Part shown: positions 1 to 12,799 of the stretch, piece after piece | Numbering within the stretch: the stretch's first letter is position 1 | Layout: every line of letters begins with the position of its first letter | Assembly (NCBI GenBank): GCA_964016885.1 | Contig: OZ024741.1 | Location: 396,986,001 to 397,050,000 of the forward strand | Source: Eledone cirrhosa | Taxonomy: Eukaryota | DNA: 64,000 nt | Direction: 5' to 3' | Notes under the pieces: generated by a model | The model's database searches: none | Seen by the model: only the letters and a program-made list of their open reading frames with translations | Told to the model about the DNA's origin: nothing | Translations under genes and position numbers: made by a program

Positions 1-97
1 TATAAAAGATACAGAAGCGAAAACCAACCAAACAGTGAGTGTGTTCTGTTATTATTTCTGGCAATATTATTACAACAATATGACCCTCCCCAAGTAT

Positions 98-134
<37 letters not shown>

Positions 135-299
135 CTGCAAAGAATTCTATGCTTATCATATCATTTCATGATACGTGATCACTTCAACCAAGTTCTGTGA
201 TTCAAAGAAGTAACCAGCCAGTTCATGGTGGAGATGTATGCCAGAATTGAAATAGAAAGATTTAGTTTCCTGCAAAGGAAGGTGCAAGATAAATATAAG

Positions 300-1095
300 A
301 CCAGATGTTGATAAGATCATTTCAGCAGAGTTGCCTGATAAAGATGGTTACCCAGAGCTCTTTGAAACAATCAAGTCCAAACCCATTCATTGTCCATGTG
401 GAGTCATCAATCCAGCACCTCCCTGCATGAAAGATCAAAAATACAGCAAATATTATCCTCAAGCTTTTATTCAGAAAACTCGGACTGAGAATGATGGATA
501 CCTTCTTTCCAGTGGACACTAAAAGAAGACCCTAGAAGAAGCAGCAGTCACTCGGGTAACCAGTCAAATAAGACCGCTGTTTGCTATTATGATCACAGCA
601 TGTGAAATTGAGGAAACTCATCTACGCTGGCAGGAGTACAAAAACAAAATGTCAGACGACTGTCTACACCTAGCTCGAAGACATCATGACAATGTGTATA
701 TGGAATATACTCCCAGGATTTACAATCAAGCTCTGTGCTGACCTGTCCCATTGAGTTCAGGCAATGAGTAGCACATTAGCTAACTACGGGATGCCAGAGT
801 CAGATGAAGAAATGAAGGTAGTACAAGAAATTCTTCAGGAGACAAACTACGATATTCAAGACTTGCGTAAGTTTGTGGATGAAAATGAACCTCGATTGGT
901 GGAAGACCAGAAATACGCCTACCACAGCATCATGAATAACATTCAAAATGACAGGGGAGGACTTTTCTTCATCGATGCTCCTGCTGATACGGGTAACACA
1001 TTCCTCATAAACGTCCTGCTTGCAGAAATTCGCCAAAAGCAACATATTGCCCTTGTCGTGGCTTTAAGAGGCATTGCAGCAACACTTCTGAAATA
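300..1095 (+). mobile_element. Degenerate, internally deleted Helitron Rep/PIF1-helicase fragment
   Basis: Translations VDKIISAELPD...HCPCG.INP..PCM..KYYP..F...T...DGY (Rep-associated) and GGLFFIDAPADTGNTF...ALVVA..GIAATLL (decayed PIF1 Walker A region); stops and frameshifts; cut off by a SINE. Confidence 0.85.
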
Positions 1096-1109
1096 CATTA
1101 TTATATTTG

Positions 1110-1298
1110 GGGACGGTGGATTGGCAGTATCGGTAGAGGGTCGGACGCTATGCTTTGAAACATAGAGTTACGCCCCTTGCCATTCTGAGTTCGAATCTCG
1201 CCGAGGTTAACTTTTCCTTTCAACCTTACGGGGTCGATAAAATAAAGTACCAGTAATGCACTGAGTAATTGCTGGCCTTGTGCCAAAAAGTAGAAACA
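1110..1298 (+). mobile_element. tRNA-derived SINE (dominant family of this window)
   Basis: A-box TGGCAGTATCGG and B-box GAGTTCGAATC; body TTTTCCTTTCAACCTTACGGGGTCGATAAAATAAAGTACC; flanked by direct repeat ATTATTATATTTGGG (1097-1111, 1299-1313). Confidence 0.85.
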
Positions 1299-1371
1299 AT
1301 TATTATATTTGGGGGCGGTCATTTTGCAATTATTGCCAATACACACGCACCATATACTTTTCACTTTATCT

Positions 1372-1430
1372 TTATCTTCCAGCGCGTCTCCCTTGCCGTC
1401 CGCCGGGGCTGTGTGTGTGTGGGGGTGGGT

Positions 1431-1471
<41 letters not shown>

Positions 1472-1560
1472 GAATATGATTGAGTGACTTGTCATTTTAT
1501 CAGTCAACTGTTGCTGTCGTTAGATAACTAGGTGTCTGTAGATGAATGTTGATACTCGTT
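1372..1560 (+). mobile_element. 3' end fragment of CRE-like (restriction-like endonuclease) non-LTR retrotransposon, with poly-G tract
   Basis: IFQRVSLAVRRG plus a 3' tail nearly identical to 36345-36430. Confidence 0.65.
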
Positions 1561-2029
1561 TGGTTTTCTCGATCTTGCAAACACTTTATCTTTATTGTTC
1601 GTTATTCATTTGTTTAGCAAGGTTCTTTCGTCACATGATGCATTGCATAACAGTTGTAAAGGAATCATGATAAACACAGGTTGTGTACACGGAGACAAAA
1701 ATTAAAAAAAATATTTGATTCATGGGCAGCCTACGTATTGTCGGTTAGACTGACTAGGGTAAAAACAGAATATAGAAATAACAGTTTATAACTTAACTGT
1801 TGATACACAGACTTAGGTAATTGTCTAAGTGTTCGGATGAACTTTCTCTTTTTCTTCCAGATCATTTTAAACGATCTTCCCTAAACCGAAACTCACAGCG
1901 CCTTCATCTGGTAGCTGTTGTGCTTGCACAAAATAAGGAAGTTTTGTACGGTCGTAGCTTTTTACCTTCAACTGCCAGACTTTCGAACTCGACTCCTTCT
2001 TATTGTTTTTCTCATTCTTATGATCCGAA

Positions 2030-2067
<38 letters not shown>

Positions 2068-2185
2068 TTGAGCCAGCTTATGCAGCTTCATATGCAAATG
2101 AGATTAATCACCTCATTTACACAGACGAGAAAACTATATATTCTCGATTGCTCTCAAGTCCAGCAGTTGCAAGCGGTGGGAGGGC

Positions 2186-2227
2186 CTGTCCTGAGGAAGA
2201 GCAGTCAAGTCTGGAATGCATAGACGG
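2186..2227 (+). ncRNA. Type I hammerhead ribozyme, core-mutated (GGAA for GAAA), in a short PLE-derived repeat (~2150-2370)
   Basis: CTGTC CTGAGGA AGAGCAGTCAAGTCT GGAA TGCA TA GACGG; same family as the split HHR at 25454-26046. Confidence 0.65.
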
Positions 2228-2365
2228 TTGTCCCCCTTGCTTCTGTTGGACACCACCAGAGGGCGTTAGCCCCGGTGTTTGAATAGCTACGGCTTTCTAA
2301 AACCGTGTTTCTTTAGAAATACGAAATTCCTATACATATTTGTATAGCTATGCCTGAAGCTAAAT

Positions 2366-2491
<126 letters not shown>

Positions 2492-2615
2492 AGGTGAGTT
2501 TTATTGTAGTACAATAAAGCAATGCAGATATCGGATAAGTAGCACTCTACAGTTTGTAGGACTGGAGTATAAATAATAATATATAAGATCAAAAGATGGT
2601 TAAAAGAGTTCCATG

Positions 2616-2686
2616 TATTTTATTATGCGCATTTCAAAAACAAATATCATCATGCAATAACATTTGCGTTTTCGTCAGATAAAATA
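2616..2686 (-). ncRNA. Type I hammerhead ribozyme, intact core
   Basis: Reverse complement of 7881-7951. Confidence 0.85.
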
Positions 2687-3658
2687 GGGAGACATGATAT
2701 GAAGGTTAAAACACACTTGTGAATAGTGCAGTTTTAAATCAACATATGAAAAGTAGTTTTAGATTGATGTGTGATATTGGGAAAAAAATTGAGGGGGGTG
2801 GGGGTGGAGAGGATGAAAAAGAGGAGGAGATGAGAGTAAAAAGTGGAGGGGGAGGAGTATAATGAGGAAGGATGCGATAGGAGGAGAGATGGGTGATAGA
2901 GAGAGAAAGATAGCTTTTATAACTGAGAAAAATATATTGTTTTACATAGAGAGGTTGAAAAACCGTTGGAAGATAATGTATAAATTAAAAGAATTTGAAA
3001 ATTAACGAAGAGAAAAATTTTAGAATAATGTTATATTAAGGTTTGTATATTTAAGGGTTTAATAATATGTGCGATGAAAAGAAATTGTTAATATGTATTA
3101 AGAATAATATTTAAGGGTTTAATAATATGTGCGATGGAAAGAAATTGTTGATATGTATTATTAAAATAAATATAAAAATATAGCAATAGTAATGTAATTA
3201 AGGATATATTGTGAAAGAAGTAGAAGAGAGGATGAATAAGTGTAATATGTATAAGTTAGATGAGCATGAAAGGGAGAAAAAAATAATGAATTGAGGATGA
3301 ATAATCTAACGTCAAAAAAATGTTTATGTTTACGAAGGATTTTTCAAGGTGATATAAAGTAAGAATATATTGTGCTGTGTAATAATTGTTTCTACGTTAG
3401 GCACAATGATAATTGAGAAGTGTCTAGGAAGAAAAGGTACAGATTAGGGGTTAGAAATTAAAAGAAAGAGAAAAGAAAAGAAAAAGGGAAAAGAAAGAAA
3501 GGGAAGTGATAAATAGGAGTGAAATAGAATGAGTAACTAGTATTATATAATGTATAATAAATAACATTGAAATAAGGTAGAAAGATGAGTATATTTTTAA
3601 AGAAATATATATGTATATATATGTGCCTTTGAGAAAAGGATTTTAAATTGGTAAAGTA

Positions 3659-4000
3659 TTAGATATTAGCTGTATACTTTATGGAATGTTCTGTGGAATT
3701 TATGCAGCGGAGAGAGAATAAGTCAGTGCGTCTATTTATTATGGAATCTAAATTAGATATAATGGTATATTTTTCACATAAACAGAGATTGCATGTCTTG
3801 GATAGAGAACTGTTCAAGTATGGAGAAGCAGAAGAAACCTTTTTCCAAGAGATGTTATAGTTAATATGTTTGTCTTTCAAGGACCATATGAGTTCTGAGA
3901 GTGCCGTGTTGGTTCTTTTAAGTTGGTATTTAAAAGACGAATGATGATTATAAAGACGAGCTTTAAAGGAGGTGGAAGTGGAGCCAAAATAGGTAAAGGA
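3659..4000 (-). pseudogene. PLE GIY-YIG endonuclease C-terminal fragment (left palindrome arm)
   Basis: ORF 3659-4006; 5'-truncated, no RT domain. Confidence 0.8.
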
Positions 4001-4021
4001 CACCAATTAACTGACACCAAT

Positions 4022-4357
4022 TCCTTTACCTATTTTGGCTCCACTTCCACCTCCTTTAAAGCTCGTCTTTATAATCATCATTCGTCTTTTAAATACCAAC
4101 TTAAAAGAACCAACACGGCACTCTCAGAAGTCATATGGTCCTTGAAAGACAAAAATATTAACTATAACATCTCTTGGAAAAAGGTTTCTTCTGCTTCTCC
4201 AAACTTGAACAGTTCTCTATCCAAGATATGCAATCTCTGTTTACGTGAAAAATTTACCATTATATCTAATTTAGATTCTATAATAAATAGACGCACTGAC
4301 TTGTTTTCTCTCCGCTTGCATAAATTCCACAGAACATTCCATAAAGTATACAGCTAA
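4022..4357 (+). pseudogene. PLE GIY-YIG endonuclease C-terminal fragment (right palindrome arm)
   Basis: Mirror of 3659-4000 with a few substitutions. Confidence 0.8.
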
Positions 4358-4912
4358 TATCTAATACTTTACCAATTTAAAATCCTTTTCTCAAAGGCAC
4401 ATATATATATATACATATATATTTCTTTAAAAATATACCCATCTTTCTACCTTATTTCAATGTTATTTATTATACATTATATAATACTAGTTATTCATTC
4501 TATTTCACTCCTATTTATCACTTCCCTTTCTTTCTTTTCCCTTTTTCTTTTCTTTTCTCTTTCTTTTAATTTCTAACCCCTAATCTGTACCTTTTCTTCC
4601 TAGACACTTCTCAATTATCATTGTGCCTAACGTAGAAACAATTATTACACAGCACAATATATTCTTACTTTATATCACCTTAAAAAAATCCTTCGTAAAC
4701 ATAAACATTTTTTTTACGTTAGATTATTCATCCTCAATTCATTATTTTTTTCTCCCTTTCATGCTCATCTAACTTATACATATTACACTTATTCATCCTC
4801 TCTTTTACTTCTTTCACAATATATCCTTAATTACATTACTATTGCTATATTTTTATATTTTTTTTAATAATACATATCAACAATTTCTTTCCATCGCACA
4901 TATTATTAAACC

Positions 4913-7447
4913 TGTAGTGACCTACATTCCGCGGGCTCACATACATTCTCTGTGCGTGATTTGGCTCAGCTCAGCCAATCAGCGCCAGTAGAAGAGGATG
5001 TATCCCTACGCGTCCTGGGGGAGAAATTACCCGCGAAGATTTGAAGAATCTCTCTCTCGCACCAGGAACTTCGAACCAGCAACACGTACATGTGACGGTG
5101 AGATATTGCACCCTAGCCTGCCGGCTTTCCGGCGCAATGGCACATTCCCTTTTGTAACCTCATTTTTATGTGTAACTTCAACCATACAAGTTAACCAACA
5201 TTATTTGTGCTACAACAATAATAAACATACATTTCATCTCTAATTTCTGCTGTTCACATCATTATTATGTTACTCGTGTCTCAATAACATTTATAATCTA
5301 TGCTGCTAAAATTGGTGACCTGACGTGTGGAATATTGTAAATACAAAAATGGTAAATAGACGAGGGTCCTTCCGTCACGTCTATGTCGATAAACAATCCA
5401 ACTAGGATACATCATTTTACCACACTGGTGACCGACATAAGAATTTTACGCAGCCTTTTTATTCAGTTGAACTTCACCGTTATTATCACGTTGCCAACCT
5501 TTTCGCAACTTACGAAAATACAAAATATTCCTTTTAAAATTTTTAAAAAATTAGCAGTATTTCAAAAACTTTTCGCCACGAGGAAATTTCAAAATGGCTA
5601 CCGACAAGTCCTGTCTACAATCAACAACAACGGCAGCAGCAGCAGCGACAACATTGTTTAACCACTAACCAACAACAGGGAATAGTGATATGGCAGCTTC
5701 ATAGCCTTACCGACGCAACCACCACACATCATATTGTTTACTTCTATGCTTTCACATGTATTTTCAAAATTATAGCCCGGAGACATTTTTTTTTTCTTTC
5801 GATACGGCTTCCTGCAATACAAACAAGCAACACAACCTTATGTCACACAAGGTGGCAGGACGGTAAAATGGCCACGAAAACTCTCAAAAACAATATACAT
5901 CTAACCCCTAGTGGCATTAACAAATTTCTTTTTCAGTTTTCAGATAGAACTAGTGTCAGAAAGTCTGTACACTGGTGATGTGTGAACTATTTGACTTTGA
6001 AAAACTTTGAACTTATCATTGAGCATTAATTTCTCTGCTCCCTTATATTGACTTTGAATTATCAGTTTGTTACATTCACATATTTCTTTGTAAAATGCAT
6101 TTACTTGTTTTGTGCTCTTTTGCTGTTTGCTTGCTCATGGTTTTTATTCATTCACATTCTTTGCTGTTTTGCATGCCTGCATATGCACACATTTCTTTGT
6201 CACCTACCAACATGTTGTTCTTAGTATATGTTCTTCAAACGTAATATTCTGGGAGATCCCTTTTCACCTGGTTGAGGTGCCGTAACATGCTAGCGACTCA
6301 TAGAGCTTAATTCACCTGGATTCAAACAGGCACCGCAACACGAGAATGCTAATTGCAGCTGAACTCAAACAGTTTCGCATCTCGTTGCACATTCATCGTC
6401 CATAACAACCTCTATGTTGTTACCTTACCCAACTCACTGGGAAAACAACAAATAGAACTGGACTTGTCAGCATTTCCACCACTTCTGTGGATTCGCCCGA
6501 ATTATGGAACTGCAACCCACCTACAGATTCAACTTGCTTTTTTTGCTTTTCAAAGCAACCAGCCATTTTTTCCTGGCTCCCTAGCACATTCGGCAATACA
6601 TCTGGGAGGCCAACATTTTCTCGCCTACCCATCATCTTCTTGCCAGCACTGGTAAACTACCATAATAGCTTCATCCACAGCTACTGGTACAACACTTACC
6701 ATTAACATTTAATGCAAGAACAGCAACTTCGCCCATGTCAGACTTTATCCGTTTTCTGTTAGACCTTTGGTGGTCACGTATAAACTACAAAACAGCTAGT
6801 CATTTGACACGGCCCTTAGCGCCTCATTTTTTTTCTTGCATGCATCCTTCTGCTCAATTATTTTTTCACTGATGTGCTCTTTCAGCATTTGTTCTTGCTG
6901 ATTCAATAATCTGTATCGACTTCCGTCTAGGAGGGGAGTATTGTAGTGACCTACATTCAGCGGGCTCACATACATTCTCTGTGCGTGATTTGGCTCAGCT
7001 CAGCCAATCAGCGCCAGTAGAAGAGGATGTATCCCTACGTGTCCTGAGGGAGAAATTACCCGCGAAGATTTGAAGAATCTTTATGTCGCACCAGGAACTT
7101 CGAACCAGCAACACTTACATGTGACGGTGAGATATTGCACCCTAGCCTGCCGGCTTTCCGGCGCAATGGCACATTCCCTTTTGTAACCTCATTTTTATGT
7201 GTAACTTCAACCATACAAGTTAACCAACATTATACCAACAAAAATAAACATACATTTCATTTCTAATTTCTGCTGTTCACATCATTATTATGTTACTCGT
7301 GTCTCAATAACATTTATAATCTATGCTGCTAAAATTGGTGACCTGACGTGAGGAATATTGTAAATACAAAAATGGTAAATAGACGAGGGTCATTCCCTCA
7401 CGTCTATGTCGATAAACAATCCAACTAGGATACATCATTTTACCACA
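4913..7447 (+). mobile_element. Non-autonomous Gypsy-type LTR retrotransposon (LTRs 4913-5424 and 6942-7447)
   Basis: TG...CA LTRs of ~510 bp; 4-bp TSD AACC (4909-4912, 7448-7451), confirmed by the empty site in the left palindrome arm; PBS TGGTGACCGAC at 5426 (tRNA-Trp-like); PPT AGGAGGGGAG 6929-6938; 1.5-kb internal region without pol. Confidence 0.92.
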
Positions 7448-7880
7448 AACCCTTAAATATTCTTAATACATATTAACAATTTCTTTTCATCGCACATATT
7501 ATTAAACCCTTAAATATACAAACCTTAATATAACATTATTCTAAAATTTTTCTCTTCGTTAATTTTCAAATTCTTTTAATTTATATATTATCTTCCAACG
7601 GTTTTTCAACCTCTCTATGTAAAACAATATATTTTTCTCAGTTATAAAGGCTATCTCTCTCTCTCTCTCTATCGCCCATCTCTCCTCCTATCGCATCCTT
7701 CCTCTTTATACTCCTCCCCCTCCACTTTTTACTCTCATCTCCTCCTCTTTTTCATCCTTTCCACCCACCCACCCTCAATTTTTTTTACAATATCACACAT
7801 CAATCTAAAACTACTTTTCATATGTTGATTTAAAACTGCACTATTCACAAGTGTGTTTTAACCTTCATATCATGTCTCCC

Positions 7881-7951
7881 TATTTTATCTGACGAAAACG
7901 CAAATGTTATTGCATGATGATATTTGTTTTTGAAATGCGCATAATAAAATA
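7881..7951 (+). ncRNA. Type I hammerhead ribozyme, intact core
   Basis: Stem I TATTTTAT/ATAAAATA (8 bp); CTGACGA; stem II CAAATGTTAT/ATGATATTTG; GAAA; palindromic TGCGCA stem III; predicted cleavage after ATA (7943). Confidence 0.85.
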
Positions 7952-7981
7952 CATGGAACTCTTTTAACCATCTTTTGATCT

Positions 7982-8063
<82 letters not shown>

Positions 8064-8094
8064 GGAAAATTTTAACAGGAACAAAACAGAGAGG

Positions 8095-9775
8095 CAGTAC
8101 AACGAATGTTTATTAATTTCACGCTCTTGAGAGTGGGGTGGTGGTGGGGAACGACGTTTCGGGCATAAGCCCTTCTTCAGGTGAAAAGTGTGTGGGAAGA
8201 GAGTTCAAGGGGTGTGTAGGGGAGTGGTGGAGAGACATATAGCAAAAAGGGAGTGGGAGGAAACGGTGGAAATGAAAATAAAAATAAAAATAAAAATAAA
8301 AATAAAAATAAAAATAAAAATAAAAATAAAAATAAAAATAAAAATAAAAATATAAATAAAAGCATGATCAAAATAAAAATAAACTGGGATAAAACAGGTG
8401 GTGAAAGGGTGTGGGGCGTGTAGGGGTGGTGGCGGGTGGAGTGGGGAGAGGGAGACGGGGTGTCCGAGCGGGGAGGGCTGAAGGTGGTGTGTGTGTGTGT
8501 GTGTGTATGTGAAAGCAAGGGTTGGTGGAAGAACGGGGTTGCATGTTCAGGAAGAGGTGTGTGTGGGGTGGGGTGTAGGTCGGAGTGTGTGTGCGTGTGT
8601 GGATAGAGGGGTGGGGGGAGAGGAATCCGGAGGCTGAATGTGTAAATATGTGGTGGGACGCACGTGTGTGTGTGTGGTGTTTAAGCGTGTTGTGGGTGTA
8701 GGTGGCGTGTGGGAAAAAAAATGTGTTTGGGGTGTGTGTGTGGGTGAGTCGTAAAGGTGATTCCGTAAGAAGATGTGGTGGAAAGGTTGGTAAAATCCTA
8801 GGATGGTAGTTGATTCCACGGTCAAGGTCCACATACGAGTAATCCGTGAAGAGATTGGTCGGAAGAGGGGAGATGTGGGGTGCGCGCGCAACAGGAAGTG
8901 GTCAAGGCAGTAGGAGTACTGTGTGTCTGTGGTGCTGGGAGGTGGTCAGAGGGCATAGCAGCAGTAGGGTGGAATGGTAAAGGGGCGAGGATGGGTAGGT
9001 GTGAAAGTTGGAGTGAGGAGGGGGTGTGTGTGTATTAGTAGAGGTGTTAGTGGGATGAGTGAGTGTTTGAGAAAGGGTGTGGGTGGAGCGGGGAGGGAAG
9101 GGTGTGGGGGTCGATGGAGGGAGTGTGGTGTACTGGTGTGTGTGTAGTTTGATGAAGGGGGTGTTAGTGGGTGTTAGTATACAGGAGGTGGAGAAAGGGT
9201 TGAATGCGGGTGTGAGTGGGGGTCAGTGGTGGTAGGGTGTGTAGAGTTGGTGGTGTAAGAGGGTGTGTGTGTACGTGTGCGTGGGGTTGGTGGGTGTTAG
9301 TGATGTTAGTTGCGTGTAGGGTGGGTGGTGTAAGTGGGTGCGTGTGTTCGTGTGCTTGGGGTCAGGGGGTGTTAGTGATGTTAGTTGCGGGGTGGTGGGG
9401 TTCATGTGTGGGGGTGAGGGTTAGTGGTGGTATTAGGGTGTGTGTTTAGTGTGAGCGCGTGTATATATGTGCCGGTGGGTGTGTGCGTGTGATAAGGAGG
9501 GGGAGGAGAAGAAGGGAGGGATGTTAGTATGTTAGTTGGGGAAGGGTGGTCGGATGTGAGGTGGAGTAGAGGCGTTAGTATTGTTAGTTGTGGGGTGGGC
9601 GGTGAAAAGGAGGGGTGTGTTAGTGGTGTTAGCGGGGGGATGTGTGTGGGGGGAGGGGGCGGTCGAAGGCTAAAGAAATAAGGGTGGGGAGTTCAGGCCG
9701 GGGGGAGTGTGGGTCTGTAAGCTGAAAATGGTTCTTTGTTCAACTCTGAGGAGATTGGCGGGTATTCCGTAGCAT
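8095..9775 (-). mobile_element. 3' end of a Neptune-like PLE (ORF end, ~1.5-kb low-complexity 3' UTR, hammerhead)
   Basis: Minus strand ~9760-9670 reads LLRVEQRTIFSLQTHTPPGLNSPPLFL*, matching the GIY-YIG end at 10400-10483; HHR at 8151-8182; (AAAAAT)n at 8275-8380. Confidence 0.7.
8151..8182 (-). ncRNA. Minimal hammerhead ribozyme motif
   Basis: Minus: AC CTGAAGA AGGGC TTAT GCCC GAAAC GTC GT; core intact, stem I only ~2 bp. Confidence 0.65.
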
Positions 9776-9791
9776 TATATATATATATATA

Positions 9792-9824
<33 letters not shown>

Positions 9825-9858
9825 GTTTATGTGTGTGTGTGTGAGTGTGTGTGACAAG

Positions 9859-9895
<37 letters not shown>

Positions 9896-9897
<2 letters not shown>

Positions 9898-10677
9898 CAC
9901 CCGTGTTCCTTTCTCTCTCACCTACCACCCCAGTACCCTACCACTCAGGTATCCTCTCTTCTGACCCCGTCACTTCTCGCTTTTTACCAAACCCACCCAT
10001 TACTGCTTTTAAGCGCGCCCGCAACCTCCGCGTTCGCAATTCCTTTTCGTCCTCTCCCACGACTCCACCCGGCTCTCATCCTTGTTCCTGTTCCCGCTGT
10101 AACACTTGTTCCTTTATTTCCACCCTCACCACTCTTACAGGCCCTAACCGGTCTTTCATATCCGCCATTCCTTCACCTGCACATCCACCCACGTTGTCTA
10201 TGCCCTCCGGTGTTCCCTTTGCGGGTCTTTATATATCGGACAAACGGGACGCCGTACGGCGGACCGTTTTGTCGAACATTTGAGGGACATCAGACTCGGT
10301 TTGGATACTCCTGTTGCCCGTCATTTCTGTTCTCCTGGTCATTCTTCCCTACATGTTTCAGTCATGGGTGTCCTTTTACATTATGGATCACAGGCCTCGC
10401 GCACCAGGACTGAACAAAGTCTGATTCACCGCCTTGGGACCTATTCCCCTCTTGGACTCAACTCACCTCACCAATTTCTCTAATACCCTGTCCATTATCA
10501 CACCCCTAGATTCCTATCGCTTTCTCTTGATCATTAGCAGTTTCTCTTACAACTAATACATGCCGATACACACCCTTATATTAACATACTTTTGCTCATA
10601 GCTTCGTAATTACATGCACATGCACTCTTTTACTCACATATACACACACATTTCTTCTTAGCTTCGTACGGACCTAT

Positions 10678-10748
<71 letters not shown>

Positions 10749-11100
10749 CTTACGCACGTGCTCAAGTAAAGCTCTCTTTACAAAACGTTTTTTTTTCCAT
10801 TTCAGGTAGACACGCTCCATCATCCACTTTTCTAAAAAACAAATCATAGACAAACCGTCAGCACCAACAGTCAGTTTTGCAAGAGATGTCAACATGAATG
10901 GACCTGTTATTTTTATCTAAAAACATTTTTTCCAATTCCATCTCACCCGTCCCCTCAGTCTATCTTATTTCTCATTCTTTCTTCTTATGAAGGACTAGCG
11001 TCCGAAACGTTAAGTCCCTCTTCCCGATATATCAAGTGTTAACCTAATATATCCCTTCCATATACTGTATCGATTGTGTTATTATTTCTGTTTACCTTTT
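9896..11100 (+). mobile_element. 3' part of a Neptune-like PLE (Zn-finger plus GIY-YIG pseudogene ~9903-10483, 3' UTR, hammerhead)
   Basis: PPITAFKRARNLR, CSCSRCNTC, VVYALRC, YIGQTGR, EH.RDIR..PVARHF...H...EQ.LI..L.T..P.GLN across frameshifts. Confidence 0.85.
10981..11014 (+). ncRNA. Minimal hammerhead, core-mutated (CTTATGA)
   Basis: CTT CTTATGA AGGAC TAGC GTCC GAAAC GTT AAG at the PLE 3' end. Confidence 0.6.
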
Positions 11101-11113
11101 ACATATATATATA

Positions 11114-11255
11114 TAGGAAAAAGTATGATCCTCGTCGAAACGGCTTCAGTTCTGCCGTCGGGGTCATACTTTTTTCTATTACCCACTCTACTACCCTAAG
11201 TATTGAGTACTCTGGTGCGTTATGGTCCATCTGGTTCCTTACCACAACTCCTTCG

Positions 11256-11258
<3 letters not shown>
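11114..11258 (+). mobile_element. Short (TA)n-inserted repeat with 5' inversion and 3' half-hammerhead (other copies ~15007-15190, 24152-24353, 24385-24605)
   Basis: Shared body TTACCCACTCTACTACC..GAGTACTCTGGTGCGTTATGGTCCA; GAAAC GGC..GCC GTC motif; inverted copy of its own sequence at the 5' side. Confidence 0.7.
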
Positions 11259-11332
<74 letters not shown>

Positions 11333-11333
<1 letters not shown>

Positions 11334-11440
11334 TAGCAGAGGTACCCGGCGTTGCTTGGGTATTAAATAGCAGTTCTGTATACCATTTATGTCAATACTT
11401 CAGTGCTGCTTCGAAAACTATACTTTTATATATTATATAG
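11333..11440 (-). mobile_element. Tiny non-autonomous Helitron-like element
   Basis: Minus 3' end CCCAAGCAACGCCGGG hairpin followed by CTAG; 5' end CTATATAATATATAAAA. Confidence 0.55.
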
Positions 11441-12320
11441 TTTAACGTAAAATTGTTTTCTACAGGATGATTTCTTTTGAATGAAATAGTTCTAGTCCTG
11501 TAGAAGCCATTTCTATATTAAATTTGACGTTTAATGTATTGAGTACCTTACTAACCGATTGAATCCGGTACTCACACACATATATACGTACATACATACA
11601 CACACACATACACTCACACATACACACACATCTATATATTAGATAGGGTATGGTAAAAACCAGGTAGACCAGAGTACTCAATAAATTTTTGTGGAGTAAA
11701 AATACAATATATTAATAAATGGAAACTATGTTTATAAAACCATATTTATTTCATTATACATATTTCAAGGACACCAAAGCAAATTATGGTGCGCTTTCAT
11801 CAGATAAAATATAATATAGATCAGTTTTATAAACACATATTGACATACCCTTAAGAGAATGCGACCATGTCTGTTGGAAGCTCCCGTAATAATAATAAAT
11901 GTGAAGAGCAAAATCCAAAGAGGGCTCGGTAAGGATAAATATATATCAAATATATAAGCACCCTAGAGAAAATATTTATTGTAATAACAGATTAAAGTTT
12001 AAGCAAAGATTCACAGATTGATCTTTTTAGTTTCAGAAAATCCCCTTAAGGGTGAAAGCAGCGATTCTTTGCTTAAACTTTAATCTGTTATTTTAATAAA
12101 TATATATATATAAGTATGTATACGTACATACATATATGTATACAGACGCACAGTAGTATGTATATATATATACATACATGCACACACATATATATATGTA
12201 CGTATGGATTCACCGAACATTTATTATAATGCTCGGTGTGTTTGTAAACAAACATCCCGAATTAAGCCGTACAGTGTCTAGCAACCATCGTTGTTCATTT
12301 GTTCAACACTGACAAAGGAA

Positions 12321-12361
12321 CGCTGTACTAGTTTCAAGCTTATTAGCTATCGTCAGCAACG
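12321..12361 (-). ncRNA. Minimal type I hammerhead ribozyme, intact core
   Basis: Minus: CGTTG CTGACGA TAGC TAATAA GCTT GAAA CTAG TA CAGCG. Confidence 0.85.
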
Positions 12362-12556
12362 TATACCTTCCTGCCAACGTATACCTTATGTATATTAACG
12401 GCTGAGCAGCCTAATTTGCATATCGAGTGAGTTAATCGGCCAGGGTACCGAAAACGATAAACGGAAAAAATGAAACGAAATTTCATTTCTCACTCTTATG
12501 TCTACATTTTGTGCTTATAAACATAATTCGTCGTACATTACCAGGGTGTGGTGGTG

Positions 12557-12626
<70 letters not shown>

Positions 12627-12633
<7 letters not shown>

Positions 12634-12780
12634 TATATTCGTATACAGATATTTTTGCATACACAATAACAAAATATAAACAAACGTATTTATTTCACGT
12701 GGCTCGATAAGGATAAATATATATCAAATATATAAGAACCCTAGAGCAAATCCCGAGCAACGCCGGGCCATTCTGCTAGT
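12627..12780 (+). mobile_element. Helitron 3' terminal module (second copy 19438-19590)
   Basis: CCCGAGCAACGCCGGG hairpin + CCATTCTGCTAG|T; preceded by a segment shared with the PLE terminal repeat at 14101-14243. Confidence 0.7.
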
Positions 12781-12799
12781 TTACTTATATTTCTCTTAA

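Larger units (their letters stand above)
2580..7987. mobile_element. Palindromic (head-to-head) Penelope-like element remnant; arms ~2580-4000 and 4022-7987, right arm interrupted by an LTR element
   Basis: Arms are near-perfect reverse complements around a 21-nt spacer (4001-4021); each begins with a GIY-YIG C-terminal fragment (YFGST..FKARLYNH..SF...TALSE.IW.LK...W....C.LCL.EK), then an AT-rich 3' UTR and a hammerhead; (TA)n near both outer ends. Confidence 0.9.

Noticed and set aside
764-1165. Host PIF1 helicase gene
   Set aside because: Walker A is decayed (APADTGNT), it adjoins Helitron Rep motifs and is truncated by a SINE.
1110-1210. tRNA genes at A/B-box sequences
   Set aside because: These are SINE heads followed by a shared non-tRNA body and target duplications.
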